A stretch of 62,255 nt of DNA, counting the filler, from Choristocarpus tenellus KU-1152 (lineage: Eukaryota > Protista > Phaeophyceae): assembly GCA_964200185.2 (NCBI GenBank). It is 8 parts of 8 records of this genome, joined end to end, with 100 filler letters (N's around TTAATTAATTAA, not from the genome) between each part and the next. Parts side by side here need not be neighbours in the genome. Positions count along the whole stretch, not along the records: positions 1 to 17,024 come from CAXNAD020000733.1; 7 more parts are not named here. One strand, given 5' to 3'. Under the pieces are notes generated by a model. The model searched no databases. It was given only the letters and a program-made list of their open reading frames with translations, and was not told the DNA's origin. Shown piece after piece: positions 1 to 12,842 of the stretch. The position numbers and the translations under genes are program-made. Every line of letters starts with the position of its first letter. Position 1 is the stretch's first letter.

Positions 1-41
1 CTCCTTGTCTCCGTCCCCGGTCGTGTCGTTCGCGGGTCGGG

Positions 42-42
<1 letters not shown>

Positions 43-89
<47 letters not shown>
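43..89. repeat. poly-G tract (G-quadruplex-capable); (CT)n microsatellite follows at about 241-279
   Basis: Directly visible homopolymer and dinucleotide runs. Confidence 0.9.
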
Positions 90-90
<1 letters not shown>

Positions 91-237
91 CATTAGAATT
101 TTTTTTCTCGTTTTCAGTCAACGCAATCTATCCACCGAATAATTCAGTCCCTTCTTGTGGGCTAACCCTATGCCCGCCTAACCTCTGTTCCGTATTTTCA
201 GAACAATTTCGGGATATGTTTTTTTTTCATATATAAC

Positions 238-282
<45 letters not shown>

Positions 283-785
283 GTAAAAATTTTCCGAGGA
301 ATCCAACGCAAAACTCTGTTTTAACTCCATTTTGAAATCAGAAGTCATCCCGAAGAGGTACGTGCATAAAGGCACAGACTTCAGTGTTCCCAGATTGCGC
401 TGTATCCTGTACAGACGCGAGAGGAACTGGAGAATCCCGCCCGACCAAGAAGATCCTGAATTGATTGTTGTGATCCTGCCCCTTTGTTGTTGAACGATTT
501 GATTGTTGTGACAGTGAACAACCTACCGCCACCGATGGTAACGAGTCCCTCCGATTTGGTACCTAGGAGTAGTGTCCACTGAAACTTTTGAGGTTGCTGG
601 TTGTTGTGAATGGGTTGCTGGTGCTGATCCCCTTTCGCTCGCTGTTTTTTTTTTCAGATTTTTCCAGGGGTTTTTCACCGGACCAGTCCCACAATTTTCT
701 GGCAATGTCTTGTACATGCCCCACCAGTCGGACCAGGTCTAACACGGTCCCAACATATCCGAACGATGTCCCCTGTGTATTTACC

Positions 786-977
786 GGTCCCTGTCCGCGG
801 ACTGGACCAGGGCGCAGATTCTCTAGTACATTCAAACCTCGTGCACTAGGTATTGTATCGGTCCCTGTCCGCAGACTGGACCAGGGCGCAGATTCTCTAG
901 TACATTCAAACCTCGTGCACTAGGTATTGTATCGGTCCCTGTCCGCAGACTGGACCAGGGCGCAGATTCTCTAGTAC
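786..977. repeat. 74-bp tandem repeat, about 2.6 near-identical copies
   Basis: Unit GGTCCCTGTCCGC(A/G)GACTGGACCAGGGCGCAGATTCTCTAGTACATTCAAACCTCGTGCACTAGGTATTGTATC starts at 786, 860 and 934. Confidence 0.95.
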
Positions 978-2266
978 GTTCGAGGCTTGTCCACTGGTTG
1001 GTCAAACGTTTTTCGGTATGTCCAGACCGTCTCCAGTGTGCGGTGTTCTGGTCCATTCCACGGTCCAGGCAGGGGTCTACTCCTGGACTGGTTCAACTCA
1101 AGCGGACTGGTCCGATTTGTATGACCATTCCGTGTAAAAGAAGGAGTCGATGGTAATTAAGAATCGTACCCATCATTAGCGAGCAGGGCAAGGTCGATAT
1201 TTGTTGGGGGTTCTGCGTCCCTCACGCACGCATCTGAAGTATCAAAATGCTGGTTCCTCAGCCGTTTTTTTTTTTAATAAATGCTTCTGTGCGCTTCGCA
1301 AAGAGTGTTCCTCTTTCTACTGTTATTCTTCATTCGTTTTTTTATTCACTGCTGATCTTTTGTTTGGATTTTGTTTTTGTTTTTAAAAAAAAATGAGAGA
1401 GAGAGAGAGAGATTCTGTTGTGAAGTGCGCGCCTCGGTACACAAAAAAAAATGTAACAAATTTTTATGGTACTTTTGTTGTAATATTTACGGACCGGATT
1501 TTTTTTTTTCAGCTGTATTTAAAAAATGCAATTTGTAGTACTGTCTAGTGTTTATAGTTAATGTGCCCGTGTGTGAAGTGCTATAGCGTGCACGACCTGT
1601 TTGTCATCTGTGTTTTATCTCAATGGTCATAGGTGAAATGTTCCAACGTGTGCCCAGGCCGCCGGCCAGCCTGTTAAAAGTAAGGTTGAACATGACTGAG
1701 TCCATGACTGTCACTGCCTTGACATGGCTGGTTCGCCAACCGGCCAGCCTAGTACAACCAAGTGCGAACTTGGTTGAGGCCATGGGCTCAACTGGTTCGA
1801 CATGGCAGAGTCATGGGCCAGTCCATGGCCTTACAGCCGATGGTAGACATGTTAACTTCCTGGACCAATGAATAGCCCTTATCTTTTTATCTATGCCCTG
1901 CTTGTGCTTAGAGTGTCTTCGTTTCCAGTCTAAGTATCATAGGGAAATTTAGTGAGTATGTTACGGTGTGTTCTATTTTGCCAATTGTCTCAGAGCTCTC
2001 CCCCATCCCCTATCCCCCACCCACCCACCCACCCTAAAAAGGAAAATAATAAGAAAGGACTATTAACGAGAGTGATTCTCGCACCACGCTCAACACATTT
2101 GTGCAAGGGTTGGGGATGGAGTGGGAGACACCCTTCATCACCTCATCCGCTGTGTGTTAGAAAAAGAGGTTCTTGGTGTTTTCAATACAGAACAAACTTT
2201 GTTTTCTGTGAATGATTTGACCGTCTTTTTACCAATCTGCCTGCATCATTAAATGTATGTCTTACG

Positions 2267-2274
2267 CCCCCCTC

Positions 2275-2316
<42 letters not shown>

Positions 2317-2327
2317 ACCCACCCCCC
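2267..2327. repeat. poly-C tract about 100 bp upstream of the RRM gene start
   Basis: Directly visible; accounts for the poly-Pro/poly-Gly ORFs in the track. Confidence 0.9.
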
Positions 2328-2431
2328 AAATTTTTCTCCCTCCCCCGCTCTTCTGCACACCGTGTACCAAACCTTGGTCCCAGCGCCTTGCTCCTTTTGT
2401 GCCGGAGCGTGTGTCAGAGGAGGGTGGGGAA

Positions 2432-5098
2432 ATGGCTTTTGGCGCCTCAACACGGCTCTATAGGTTAAGCAGACTGGAGACCAACCTTCGTGAAGTGAAG
2501 AGACGCGAGTTGTACGAACGCATGAGTGATCCTGCGGCGAGCATGGGCGATAACTCCAACGCAACGGTATATTCGTGTTTGTGTGTGTGCTTCGAGTGTG
2601 CTTGCTTCCCTCTGCTCAAAACCCCCACTGCAAGGGGGACGAATGCGAGCCTCTTGGCAAGATTTGGTTGTTGGTGACTATGGCATCTCTCTCCCCCGCA
2701 CGTATCCCCCTTCTGCCCCTGCAGTTCTGCTGGTTGGCCTTGTCTGCGGTGGCTGGGTCTCCTTTGTTTTATGTCTATGATTGGGTTTGTATTATTCCAT
2801 GAAGATGTTCCTTGTTGTCTCAATCCCCCAACCCTCCTGGCCGCTGCCTCTGGACCTGTGCCCTAAGGTCTATGTGGGCAATCTTCTGTCATCTGTATCC
2901 GAGGAAGACCTGCGTGAGTTTTTTAAGGAGTGTGGAGACATTGATTCGGTGAGAGACCCGGTTAGACAAGAGTCTTCATGTTGTGGATGTGGGAGTGTAG
3001 GAGGTTGGGGTGTTTGGGGTTGCCTTGCACTTTTGAAACTGATGTATGCTCTGGGCTTGGTCCATGGAGGAGAGAGTTGAAGAGGACATTGCAACAATCT
3101 GTTTCAAGAGTACAAAATGAAGTACATACAAGGTGAAGTATGTAAGTATTATCCACCTGTGATAGTGCTTATCATTCATTGTGGCATTGGCCTGGGAAGA
3201 TGTTGACTCTGCTGAAGGTGGCAGCTCTAGGTCGAAGATCTGTGAGAGAGTAACATTGGGGTTACATGCTTTGTTACCAGCTCCTATGTTGGAGAATAGA
3301 ATGACCACAGAGGGTGTGGGCGTCGACTCAGCACACACTACGGATTGTAGTGGACCTAGTGCTTCTCCTCCTCTCTGCCGTCACTGCTGCGATCTGCCCT
3401 CGCTCTCTTTCTTTTCTGTTGGTTTTCACTCTCTGTTCGAGGCGTTTTTGTGTTGGTATTTGCTGGTGCTGCGTGGGTGTGTTCCTGCCTTGTATGTGTA
3501 TGCTGTTTTGTATCAACTGTCAGTATGATTCTATCTGTGGCGAAGAGGATAATATTGAGGGATGAATAAATCCTTACAGCCGAGAGCATGATCAAGTGGG
3601 AAAGGTGGATTCAGACACTTTGAATATGTGTTCACACTATGGAAAGGGACTTCCTTGAAATGACCCACCCTGCTCCACCTCTGACATTGACATTATTTTC
3701 TTGAAAGGTTGAACTCCACTCCCTGTGTCCCATTTACGATCCCTCATTAACTCAAGCAGTGTCGTCATGGTTGCGTTGTGAGGAGGTAGATTTTGGGGGG
3801 TATAGAATATATCAGCTGAAAAAAGCTCGGCGCACTCAATTAGGGTCAAATCAAGGTGCAATAAAACTGATCATAAGGGGACTCTATGAGTATTGTGTAC
3901 AACTTGCTTACCTGTGAGAAATAATGAATCGGATGTCTTGATCCCTCAAAAATCGATTGTGCCGATTTTTTTTTTAATTGAAACATAGCAATCCAATGAC
4001 CACGATTATCAGTGCTGGTCATGGCGGATTGATGGATTGATCGATCTGTTTTTTTTGTTGGTTCAGGTACGCCTCCCCAAGGACAGCTCAACAGGTGAGG
4101 GCAGGGGCATTGCTTTTGTGTCCTTCACCAGAAACGAGGCCGTTTTAGAGGCCCTGAAATTACACCTTGATGAGATTGAGGGCAAGGCTATCAAAGTAAG
4201 GCGTGCTGAGTCAAAAGCACCGGGTACAGGGGGTGGGGGACGGGGTCGTCAACAGGGCAGTACCTCCAACAGCGGTCGAGGAGTGGGAGGGGGTGAGGTG
4301 GGAAGGCGACCCCGGCAGGAACGCATGGGCACCACTTCAGGGGCAGAGGCCATCACCCATGGAAGTGACTCTGCTGTGGACGCTGCTGCAGTGAGGAAGG
4401 CATGTGAAGATGCCACAGCTAGGGCCAAAATGATGGCTAAAGCTGCCATAAGGTCAGGGGAGGTTGGGGAAAGGAAGGCGGAGAGGCAGGCACGATGGGG
4501 AAGTGCTGAGGAGGGGGTGCATGAGCCCAAGAGAGGGAGAGAGGAGGAGAATGAAGGTGTTCGGAAGGCTGCTCGAGGTGATAAGTGGGGACACTTGAAT
4601 GGGGAGCAGGAGAAGCATGAGAGTAAAGAAATGAAGTGGGGTGACATGGGTACAAGGGACAGAAATGAGGGTGACAGGGGTAATGGTGGGGATGGAAGGT
4701 ATGCGAGGGGAGATGGACGAGGTTGGGGAAGAGATAGTAGTGGAGATTTTGGTAGGGGAGGGGGGAGGGACAGAAGGGAGAGTGGAAGGTATGAAGAAAG
4801 GTCAAGGGGGAGGGAGAGGAATGAAGACTCGGGCAGGAGAAGGGGTGGTGGGGATGAAGGGTGGGAAAGGGAGCGCTCTAGAGCTTCCAATAGCCGACTA
4901 CAGAGTGATACAGGCAGGAGGGGTAAGGGTAGGGATGACAGGGAAAGTGGGAGAAGGGAATGGGAAAGTGAGCAGGAGAGGGAGAGGGGTGACCATTGGC
5001 GTGGAGAGAGACGGAAGGATACAGCTTACCACGAGACGAGCTCAAGGAGAAGAAGGTATTCTAGGTCACGTTCTCATGACCGACACCGCAGGTACTAA
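2432..5098 (+). CDS. RRM-domain RNA-binding protein with R/G/D/E/S-rich low-complexity tail (splicing-factor-like), about 415 aa, 3 exons
   Basis: Exons 2432-2566, 2868-2948 and 4067-5098, joined by phase-0 GT-AG introns. RNP2 VYVGNL and RNP1 RGIAFVSF; C-terminus ends RRRRYSRSRSHDRHRRY. Confidence 0.88.
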
Positions 5099-8000
5099 AT
5101 GGAGGATAACTGCATGTGACAGGATAATGCCTGTTACAGGGACTCATATGATAGATTGAGGGCATTGCCATATCCCCCCTGAGTGTCTTTGCATTGAAAT
5201 ATTGGATCCCTATGTTGTCTGAAATCTCTTTTTTGTTTTTTTGTGCATTATCTGCTTCTTGTGGCAGGTATTTTGGCATACAAAGTGCTTTCTTTCATTC
5301 TGCGTTATGAATAACGGCAATGCTCTGAATTGCTGCTCTTGTTCAATCATCATTCCTGTATGTTTACTTTACTTGGATTATACAGTCGTGATGACATTAC
5401 CACTTTGAAGGAGGCTATCACAACTCCCTTGCAGTACGCTTCAGACTATATTTTTGTACTCAGTGCACAACTGTATGGCAACAAATGTGTAACTAGATGT
5501 AATGATCCTCACCACCTCCATTATGAAGGTGATTTATGCTGTGTGTGGTGCTGCTACTGGACTCAGTCTATGTAGCTATGAAGGCAACACTCTCTGCTGT
5601 AACCATTAAAATATATCCAAAAAGGTTGGCTTGTACTCCCATAATATAGAGAACCACAGCACAGTTTTTTGTGGAAGGTAACTTTCTCATCGGTGTTTGT
5701 GTTCTATGTTTTGTGCTCCCAGGCCAAAGATGTCCTTGCACAGACCGAGTCCTCAAAGGTTAAAGGAATTGGTGTTTACTACTAGTTTTTGTGTGTTTTG
5801 TGAGAAGAGGGGAATGCGGCTGGCACATACTATAGTACAGTATACTGGAAAAATCATGTGTTGTACGCACATCATTGGGACAACAACCATGATTATTAAT
5901 AATTCTACCTGTTTGGTGTTTTAATGGAATGCAAATGTTAAATCGGAAGTAATCTAATCAGTTCGTGACTGACAAGTGTTTATGCGCACACAACATATAA
6001 GGGTTGTAAACCGATAGGTCGCAATATCATCTTTACCAAAGCACTAGCGACCGGAGTGTTGGAGTAGAGTGCAAATAAGAACTATGGATGGGAAAGCAAT
6101 AATGTAGTATCAGTACATTGTGATGCCATTTATCATTACATGGAGGGGAACAATCACATGGAGGGATGGTTACAACTTTGCATCACTGTAACGCAAGGTA
6201 AAAACAGTTCTCAGGGGTATTGATTTATAGAAGTTTATGTAAGTAGCTGCAACTTTGTCTCGTGATATCCGACAACGAAACACTTGAGTGGTACAACTTA
6301 TCGTCTTTTATGTTACACACAACCAAGCATTTTCTTGACAGCAAAAGATACAGAGTAAACGGGCTTGAGCGTTTGCTGGAGAAGAGACCTTACGAGTGAG
6401 AGCAGCGGGCGTTTATTTTTCCTCCTTACATTGAAATTCTTTCCCATACCAGACCAGTCCAATTTTTGCCTTTTTTTTGCTCTGTAGGAAGACAGTACAA
6501 ACCAATCTGTGAAAAGAATCATAATATAAAAACATGGATGCTTCCGGATAATAACCAGCAAATAGAAATATTGTTTCTTCGCCAAATTCTTCCATTCTTT
6601 TTTTTTTGAGGTCAATGTGTGAAAGAACAATAAATGTGTAAGTGGGGTACTTCTCGGAATAACTTCTCAACAAACGGAACCAAACGTTGCCCTGAGCAAA
6701 AGACGTTACAGAGAAAATGAACTACACGTTACGGATCAACTGTCCCTCGAACTTTGTCCTGGTGACAAGACACTTTCGAGGAAAACGGCCCTCATACTGT
6801 AATGGATAGTGTATCTTGTAGACCGAACATGGCTGAATGCTTTGGAGTAATGCTATTGTAGATTGCTGCATTGTTAAGGTGATTTAATGCAGATGTCAAA
6901 AGTGTTGAAAATGGGTAGAACAAGGTGTACGTTTATTGCGTCAAATAACGTGCTCATGCCTGCTTTGCTTGTTACCCCCTCTATCTAGCCCCTTCAGTTT
7001 CCATGAACAGGAGCCAATCACAATGATTTTGGTTATGATGTTAAAATGCTTTGAGAACTTACATTTACATATATCCCTATATATATATATATTCTCGTTA
7101 GACTCATTATAGAATGAGTCATAGTCATGCATGCAGGTGCGATACTCTGCTAGTACAAAATATTCTATGGGTACTTCTAAGTACAACACTCGAAAATAGA
7201 AAAACGACCAAGCTTACCTCTATGTCAGAGTAAACCACTACCATCTATGTACTTCAAACTAGCATCAAGATAGTCATTCTGCTTCCCATCGTTATAACTT
7301 AAAAAATTGAAGCTACAAGACTACAAGGACAACATAAATATGCCATGGGACGAAGCTTTTTTCGTTTTCAGTGACCACAGTAAAAAAATGTAAAAACACA
7401 TTGAAAAGTAAGAGTACTACTGTAGTGTAGTACAAACCTCAAGTAGTGTTAACATTGGGATTTGAGTGCTCTAATCTGCTGAACATGACTGATGCTGGTA
7501 GTGTCTCAACCATATTGCAACTGCCTCCCAAGAAATGGGCACACAACACTTACATGCTTCCCACATCCAGGAGGCAAACTCACAAAGGACAACCTCATCT
7601 CCCTAACACTCCAGATAACCCACACATACACTTCTCACCTTCCTCCGCCCCCGATAACAATGGAGCCAAGCAGGACAGTAGCTCCCAACTGCTCCATCGA
7701 AGAGTATTTTTGATATCTATACAAAAGGGAAGATGTGCTCTGCAACCATGTGACACATCAACAGCAAAATCCTATACTCTGGCTGGCTCTAGACGTATGC
7801 ATGACTTCTAACACAAAAAATATTTCTCATAAGTGCATCATGTAATTTCACAGAGAGAAACCGTCAGTGTCATCCATGGGTGGCCTTGAAACAAAGTCCC
7901 CAAGTTGTGTAGTACTGCTGGCACTGAAGTCTTCATTCCATAGTGGCGACCAAATTAGAACCCCTTGGGAAAAGATTTGGGAATTGCACCTTGAAAATTT

Positions 8001-8401
8001 ACATGCTAGAGGTTTGGTGCAAATCAGTGGTGCACACACACACCTCTATGGGCAAATCACGTACTGGACTAAACCAGAAAACGCCTCATTATCAACCATT
8101 GCGGTAAACATATCTCTCATCCCTCTACCATCCCCTCCCGCGCCACACTCAAACAAAGCCCATGGTACAACACACAATATAACAATATTGTCCTCTTACT
8201 TGCAACATTTGTTTTGCTTGTTGAACATAAACACCCTCACGCAATCCAGCTAGCAAAATATTCTAGAAGGTCGTATTATCATTCTCCATGTACCCCTTGC
8301 GATCCTGCTCAGCTGGAGAAAAGTCCTGGTCGCATGACATGGAAGGCATGTTCTTCCAGTCTTGTGCTGAGATTATACCCACCTCCTCACCCCTCTCCTG
8401 C

Positions 8402-11400
8402 CTAGCCCGAACACCCCCTCCCCTCCTCAGTCATCCCAAGAGCAAGTCCACCCATATGCTGGACATCTACTGATCCCCAACCTTCCTCCTTCTCCTCACC
8501 ATCCTCCTCCACCTTCTTCCAGGTCTCAGTCCCTACCCCAGCATCACCCTCGTCCCCTGCATGCCCCCCCTCTGACACAGCTTTAGGTCCCGCCACTTTC
8601 ACAGGCATGGTCACACCCTCAGCCGACGCAGGGTTTTGCCCCCTCATTGAGCCTAGCCAAGGAGATGTCCTCATCACCTCTCCCGGCTGCACCATAGAGC
8701 TATCTACCTCCAGATCTCCAGCCTCAACCCGGTCACCCCTCCCCCCTTTGAACCTTCCATTCACATCCACTTCTGGGACAGCAGAGCTAGGATACACAGA
8801 TTGGGGAGACTCTGACCTCTCTGCTTCCGCCTCAGCAGTGCCAATAACCTTGTACAGGGGCAGGGGGGGAATGCAGTGGGTTCAAGCAAATGTTACAATA
8901 ATGAACTAACGGAATGCAACACATTACGCTCAACTCTTATTTTAAACGCATGGGAAGAAGGAGCCAGGGGTCTTACAGTGTACAAAGGGATAAAAAAGGA
9001 GGATGCAGGGGAGGGGGTGCACATAGGCAAGGCAGGAGGACAGTGCCATCATCTGTGTGGGGGTGAGATAGCAAGAAAGAGAGGGTGCACCAGAAGAAAC
9101 TGGCACATGTGCAAGATAATCAAGCACCGCCTCCCTGTCGCACCACAGCCCTCCCCCTTGCCAAGCCCCACGCAACGGGTACCAGGCAGTACATCCACGT
9201 GGGTACAGATTGATTGCACCACCACTACACATTCCAACACCTCATCAAAGAGAGATCCCTGCCAAGCAGGTCACTGTGGCGACCTGGGCTTGCATCCTTT
9301 TTGCCACACTGGCTTCAACCTCTCCCTAACTCACCCCTATTGCAACTTCTCCACGAACACCCATGCCTGCCCCGGGCATCTCCGAGGTTCCAACTCCAGA
9401 CCCTATCGCTGCCCTCACATCTTGTCCAGGCTCCTCAGTCCGTCTCTGAGCCTTGAACTAGAAATGTCAAGGGGGTGGAGAGGGAGAGGGAAAAAATATA
9501 TCCACAGGAACTTTCATTAGTGCTCATAATCTCATAATCACAGCAAAAACTAAATCAGCTGAATATCTCCATGTGAAATGGATAGGTCACAGAAGCTCAG
9601 TGAACTGGCCCTCCTACAGCAATTACCCCTTGTGAAACAGTGTGTCATCAAAGAAGGAACGTTCTTAACCCTCATAACAACTGCCGTTGCAATACTGTCG
9701 TCCACTTCACCCTCACAGCACCCCTATTCCATATACTACTAATAAGCAATACTAGAGTATTGCTTTGTACTGTTCCTTGTTCACGTGACACTAATTTCAA
9801 CACAACAGCGCGCCGTCGCCAGTCCCTCTTCACAGTTCACAAAACTTTAAATAAAAACAAAAAAATATATCACAACTCAAGAAGACACCATAAAAGAGAA
9901 AAAAACAAAAAACACTACAGCAGCAAGAAAAAGGTACTCTACATACTAGAAGAGAAAAAAAAAATGAATCCGGGACTTTCCCCAACCACGCAAAAAGAGA
10001 CATGGAACCCCCAACTAGCGAAAAAGGCACGAGCGTCCGATAACATGCTCTCCCCACAAGACAGTTGTGAACAACAAAAGAGAAACGCCTGCGTACCCCA
10101 CTACAGGAACCATGAAGAAGAGAGAGCTCACCAACAGGTCGCGGATTCCGAACAACTTGTTCTGGTTCAGGCCCTGCCTAGTGATTGCCTTGCCTCCATC
10201 TTCTTTCATAACCTCCACAAGGCGCATCTTGTCTTCAACTTGACGGGAATACCTTGTCAGGCGGTGTCTGAAGTCCCTCTCATATTCATCCTCCTCCTCC
10301 TCCTCCTCCCCCATTCCCTCCCTTCGCCCACCATCCCCCTGCTGCCCCTCCCCTCTCCTCCCTCGTCTCCTCTCAAGCACCACCATCATTTGCTCTGTCT
10401 GCAACTGCTGCTGGCTCAGAATGTCCAACATCTCCTGCCTGCTGAGACCATTGTCACCGCTCTCCTGTCCCTTTGCATTGGCCTTCTCCTTGGCCTTCTC
10501 CTCATCCTGCTTTTGCTTCCTAGTCTTCAGATTCATTCTCAGCCGTACCTTGAGTGTGTCAACCTGACAAAGGAGAAGGGCAACAACAAGACAGGGTTAG
10601 GGGAGAACAGAAAAACACACATCTGAGAGTCGAGGAGGGGGGGGAGGGGATAATGAAGGGGAGAGACATCTGCTGGGGCTTAAGGATTTGGGCTTTGGCT
10701 AGGGTTTTGGCGGTGGATTGGGGGAAAGAATTGGGTGCATTGCATTGCAAGGAGGATGCACAAATGGGATTAGGTTTGGACAAGAAGAACATAACGAGCC
10801 TGAAGAAGCAAATCCACAATAATCATGTGATGAAAAGGGTAATGTGAGAAATACTACAATGTAGGTGTAACCCTAAGAGGTTCTTGGCAGAGTAAAACAT
10901 CCTTGCATTGATTAATTCCTTACTACATCACTTCTCCGTATGCACTTGCATTTGGTGGATACAGTGACAGCAGATGTGCTACTAACAAGAATACAATCTT
11001 ACTTTTCAGGGTGTAAAACACTGGCAAATGCATGGGGTAGTACAAGCAGAGATGTAGGATCAGGGTTAGACATGAATTGGAGCGGACACAACACATTCTG
11101 GTGTTGCATATCATCAAGCTGATATTGAAAAACGTCTCTTGTATGCAACTATACAAAAAACAGAATGTTGGTGTATGAGGCACGGCACAAGACAAGAGTA
11201 GAGGGGAATTGGTTGCTGGTGAAAACACCAACAGCAACACAATAATCTCTTCCGGCACTATCCCTAGCCCCTGGGCATGACAACGACAATGCCACATAAA
11301 GTAGCAGGGAATTGGTTGGTGGTAAAAATATAAATAGCAACACATTAAGTTCTTCAGACACTACAATTAGCCCCTGGGAAGAACAATTACAATACATAGC

Positions 11401-12651
11401 TCCAGATATGTTCAACAATCTGAACGAGGTGAAATATCAAAATACCATACTCGGGAAACTGAAGTAAGGTGTGGAGACTAGGTAGGAGTAGGGGATGGAA
11501 CCAGACCTCTTTCTGTAATGTTTTCTGCACCCGAGAAACTTTCAGTACAAATACAGTCATCGCAGCCCCAAACGTGGCGATGAACAATAGTCCAGTTCCA
11601 CAAGCCATTCCTATGGCCGCTGTGATCCAGATGGCACTGGCGGTCGTTAGCCCTCTAACATCAGAGTCGACTTCCGTGGCACCACTTCCCGTTCCCTCGA
11701 CCTTCTTGGCTGTAGTGATCACCTGCCACCATTCAATGCAAGAAAAAATGAAGGGTTGGTCCTGCAACCTCGAAGAATAATATCAATTTCTGAGAAGTTG
11801 ACTTTTGCCGCCCTTGAGCCTTACCCCTGCACCAATGAACCCCACTCCAGTCGCCACACTTGAGGCCACACGCGCCTGATCTGCTCTGGCGAACCCGTGC
11901 TGTGAGACGACCGTAAACGTTGCCGCACCCATGGCCACCAAGCACATGGTTCGCACTATCAACGTTTGGCGTAGAGAGGATAGACCGGGATTGGATGGGG
12001 GGGGGAGGAAGAAGGGTGGGAGGGGGTTACTGCAGGGTATTAACAGAGATCACAACGACAGAGGAGAGAGATACCACTAGAACAATGTGCAAAGAAAGAG
12101 AGGGTGCCAAACCCAATGGAAATTGCTCGTAGAGAAGTTGCTCTTTACTCACTCCCAGCTGGCCGATGGGATGTCCGTCGCTCCAACCCCACCACTGCCC
12201 CTAGAATTGCAGCCACGAAAAGTCTTATACCCATCTGAATTTCAAGAGAGGATGGTGCCAAAGTAATGAGTACCGAACGAACGCATACCCACAGGAAGTT
12301 CAGCATCGGCCAAAGCACAACGGACGAAAAAGCTTGACCCAAAGTTGCCACGGTCGAGAAAGCGGGTCGAATCGCCTCAGCATTCCTACTTGGACCCATC
12401 CTAAGAGATGTGGATTGCCGTGTCTTAAGCAACTCATGCTTCATTAGCGCAAGGTGCTGAGGTCTATATTTGCACTGGTATCTGAAAGATTGACACCGTG
12501 GAGACAGTTGAACCTCATTCGGCACCACAAGGCTCCCCACGGACCTCACTCCAACAGTTGCAGAGGCTATTAACGACGTACACCGTAAACAAGAGACGAG
12601 CACAATCACAGCGAACAAATAAAGGGCATGTAATCTCCTATCTCTCGACAT
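8402..12651 (-). CDS. mgtC: MgtC/SapB-family membrane protein with N-terminal presequence and long charged C-terminal extension, about 615 aa, 6 exons
   Basis: Exons 12651-12153, 11955-11825, 11722-11507, 10563-10132, 9457-9335 and 8848-8402, all GT-AG and frame-compatible. MgtC motifs RLFVAAILGAVVGLER..PAGMRT..LV..GAATFT, RVASSVATGVGFIGAGVI and VRGLTTASAIWITAAIGMACG. Exons 4-6 are less certain than 1-3. Confidence 0.85.
11197..11400. repeat. diverged tandem duplication, unit about 103 bp (MgtC intron 3)
   Basis: AGTAG(A/CA)GGG(G)AATTGGTTG...AGCAACACA...TAGCCCCTGGG recurs at 11197 and 11300. Confidence 0.8.
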
Positions 12652-12842
12652 TTCTTCGTGGAAGTAAGGCAGTATTGTTACTGTGAACCACAAGTCCACA
12701 GGATAGAGGAGGTTAGTCACAAGAGGAACCCATAATTGAGCCGCATCAATCTTTTTTATCAACAATAATATAACAACACAGTCCTCTACTTCTTAACTTG
12801 TATCAACTTATCAAGGTTGAACACTAGTAAGACGAGACAAAA
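12652..12842. promoter_or_regulatory. probable bidirectional promoter between mgtC-like (-) and ZFAND1-like (+) genes
   Basis: Only 191 bp separate the two inferred divergent ATGs; no specific motif identified. Confidence 0.55.

Noticed and set aside
786-977. CRISPR-like repeat-spacer array
   Set aside because: The would-be spacers are identical, so it is a plain tandem repeat; no cas genes; eukaryotic context.
2182-2564. Poly-Pro/poly-Gly ORFs (also 15159-15760 and 53396-53619)
   Set aside because: Products of C/G homopolymer tracts, not coding evidence.
4249-5159. Long antisense and alternate-frame ORFs over the RRM tail (likewise 9640-10626 over MgtC exon 4)
   Set aside because: Shadow ORFs of purine-rich low-complexity exons.
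6313-6840. Possible short-exon gene on the minus strand
   Set aside because: Some splice-like sites, but no consistent frame or recognisable domain.
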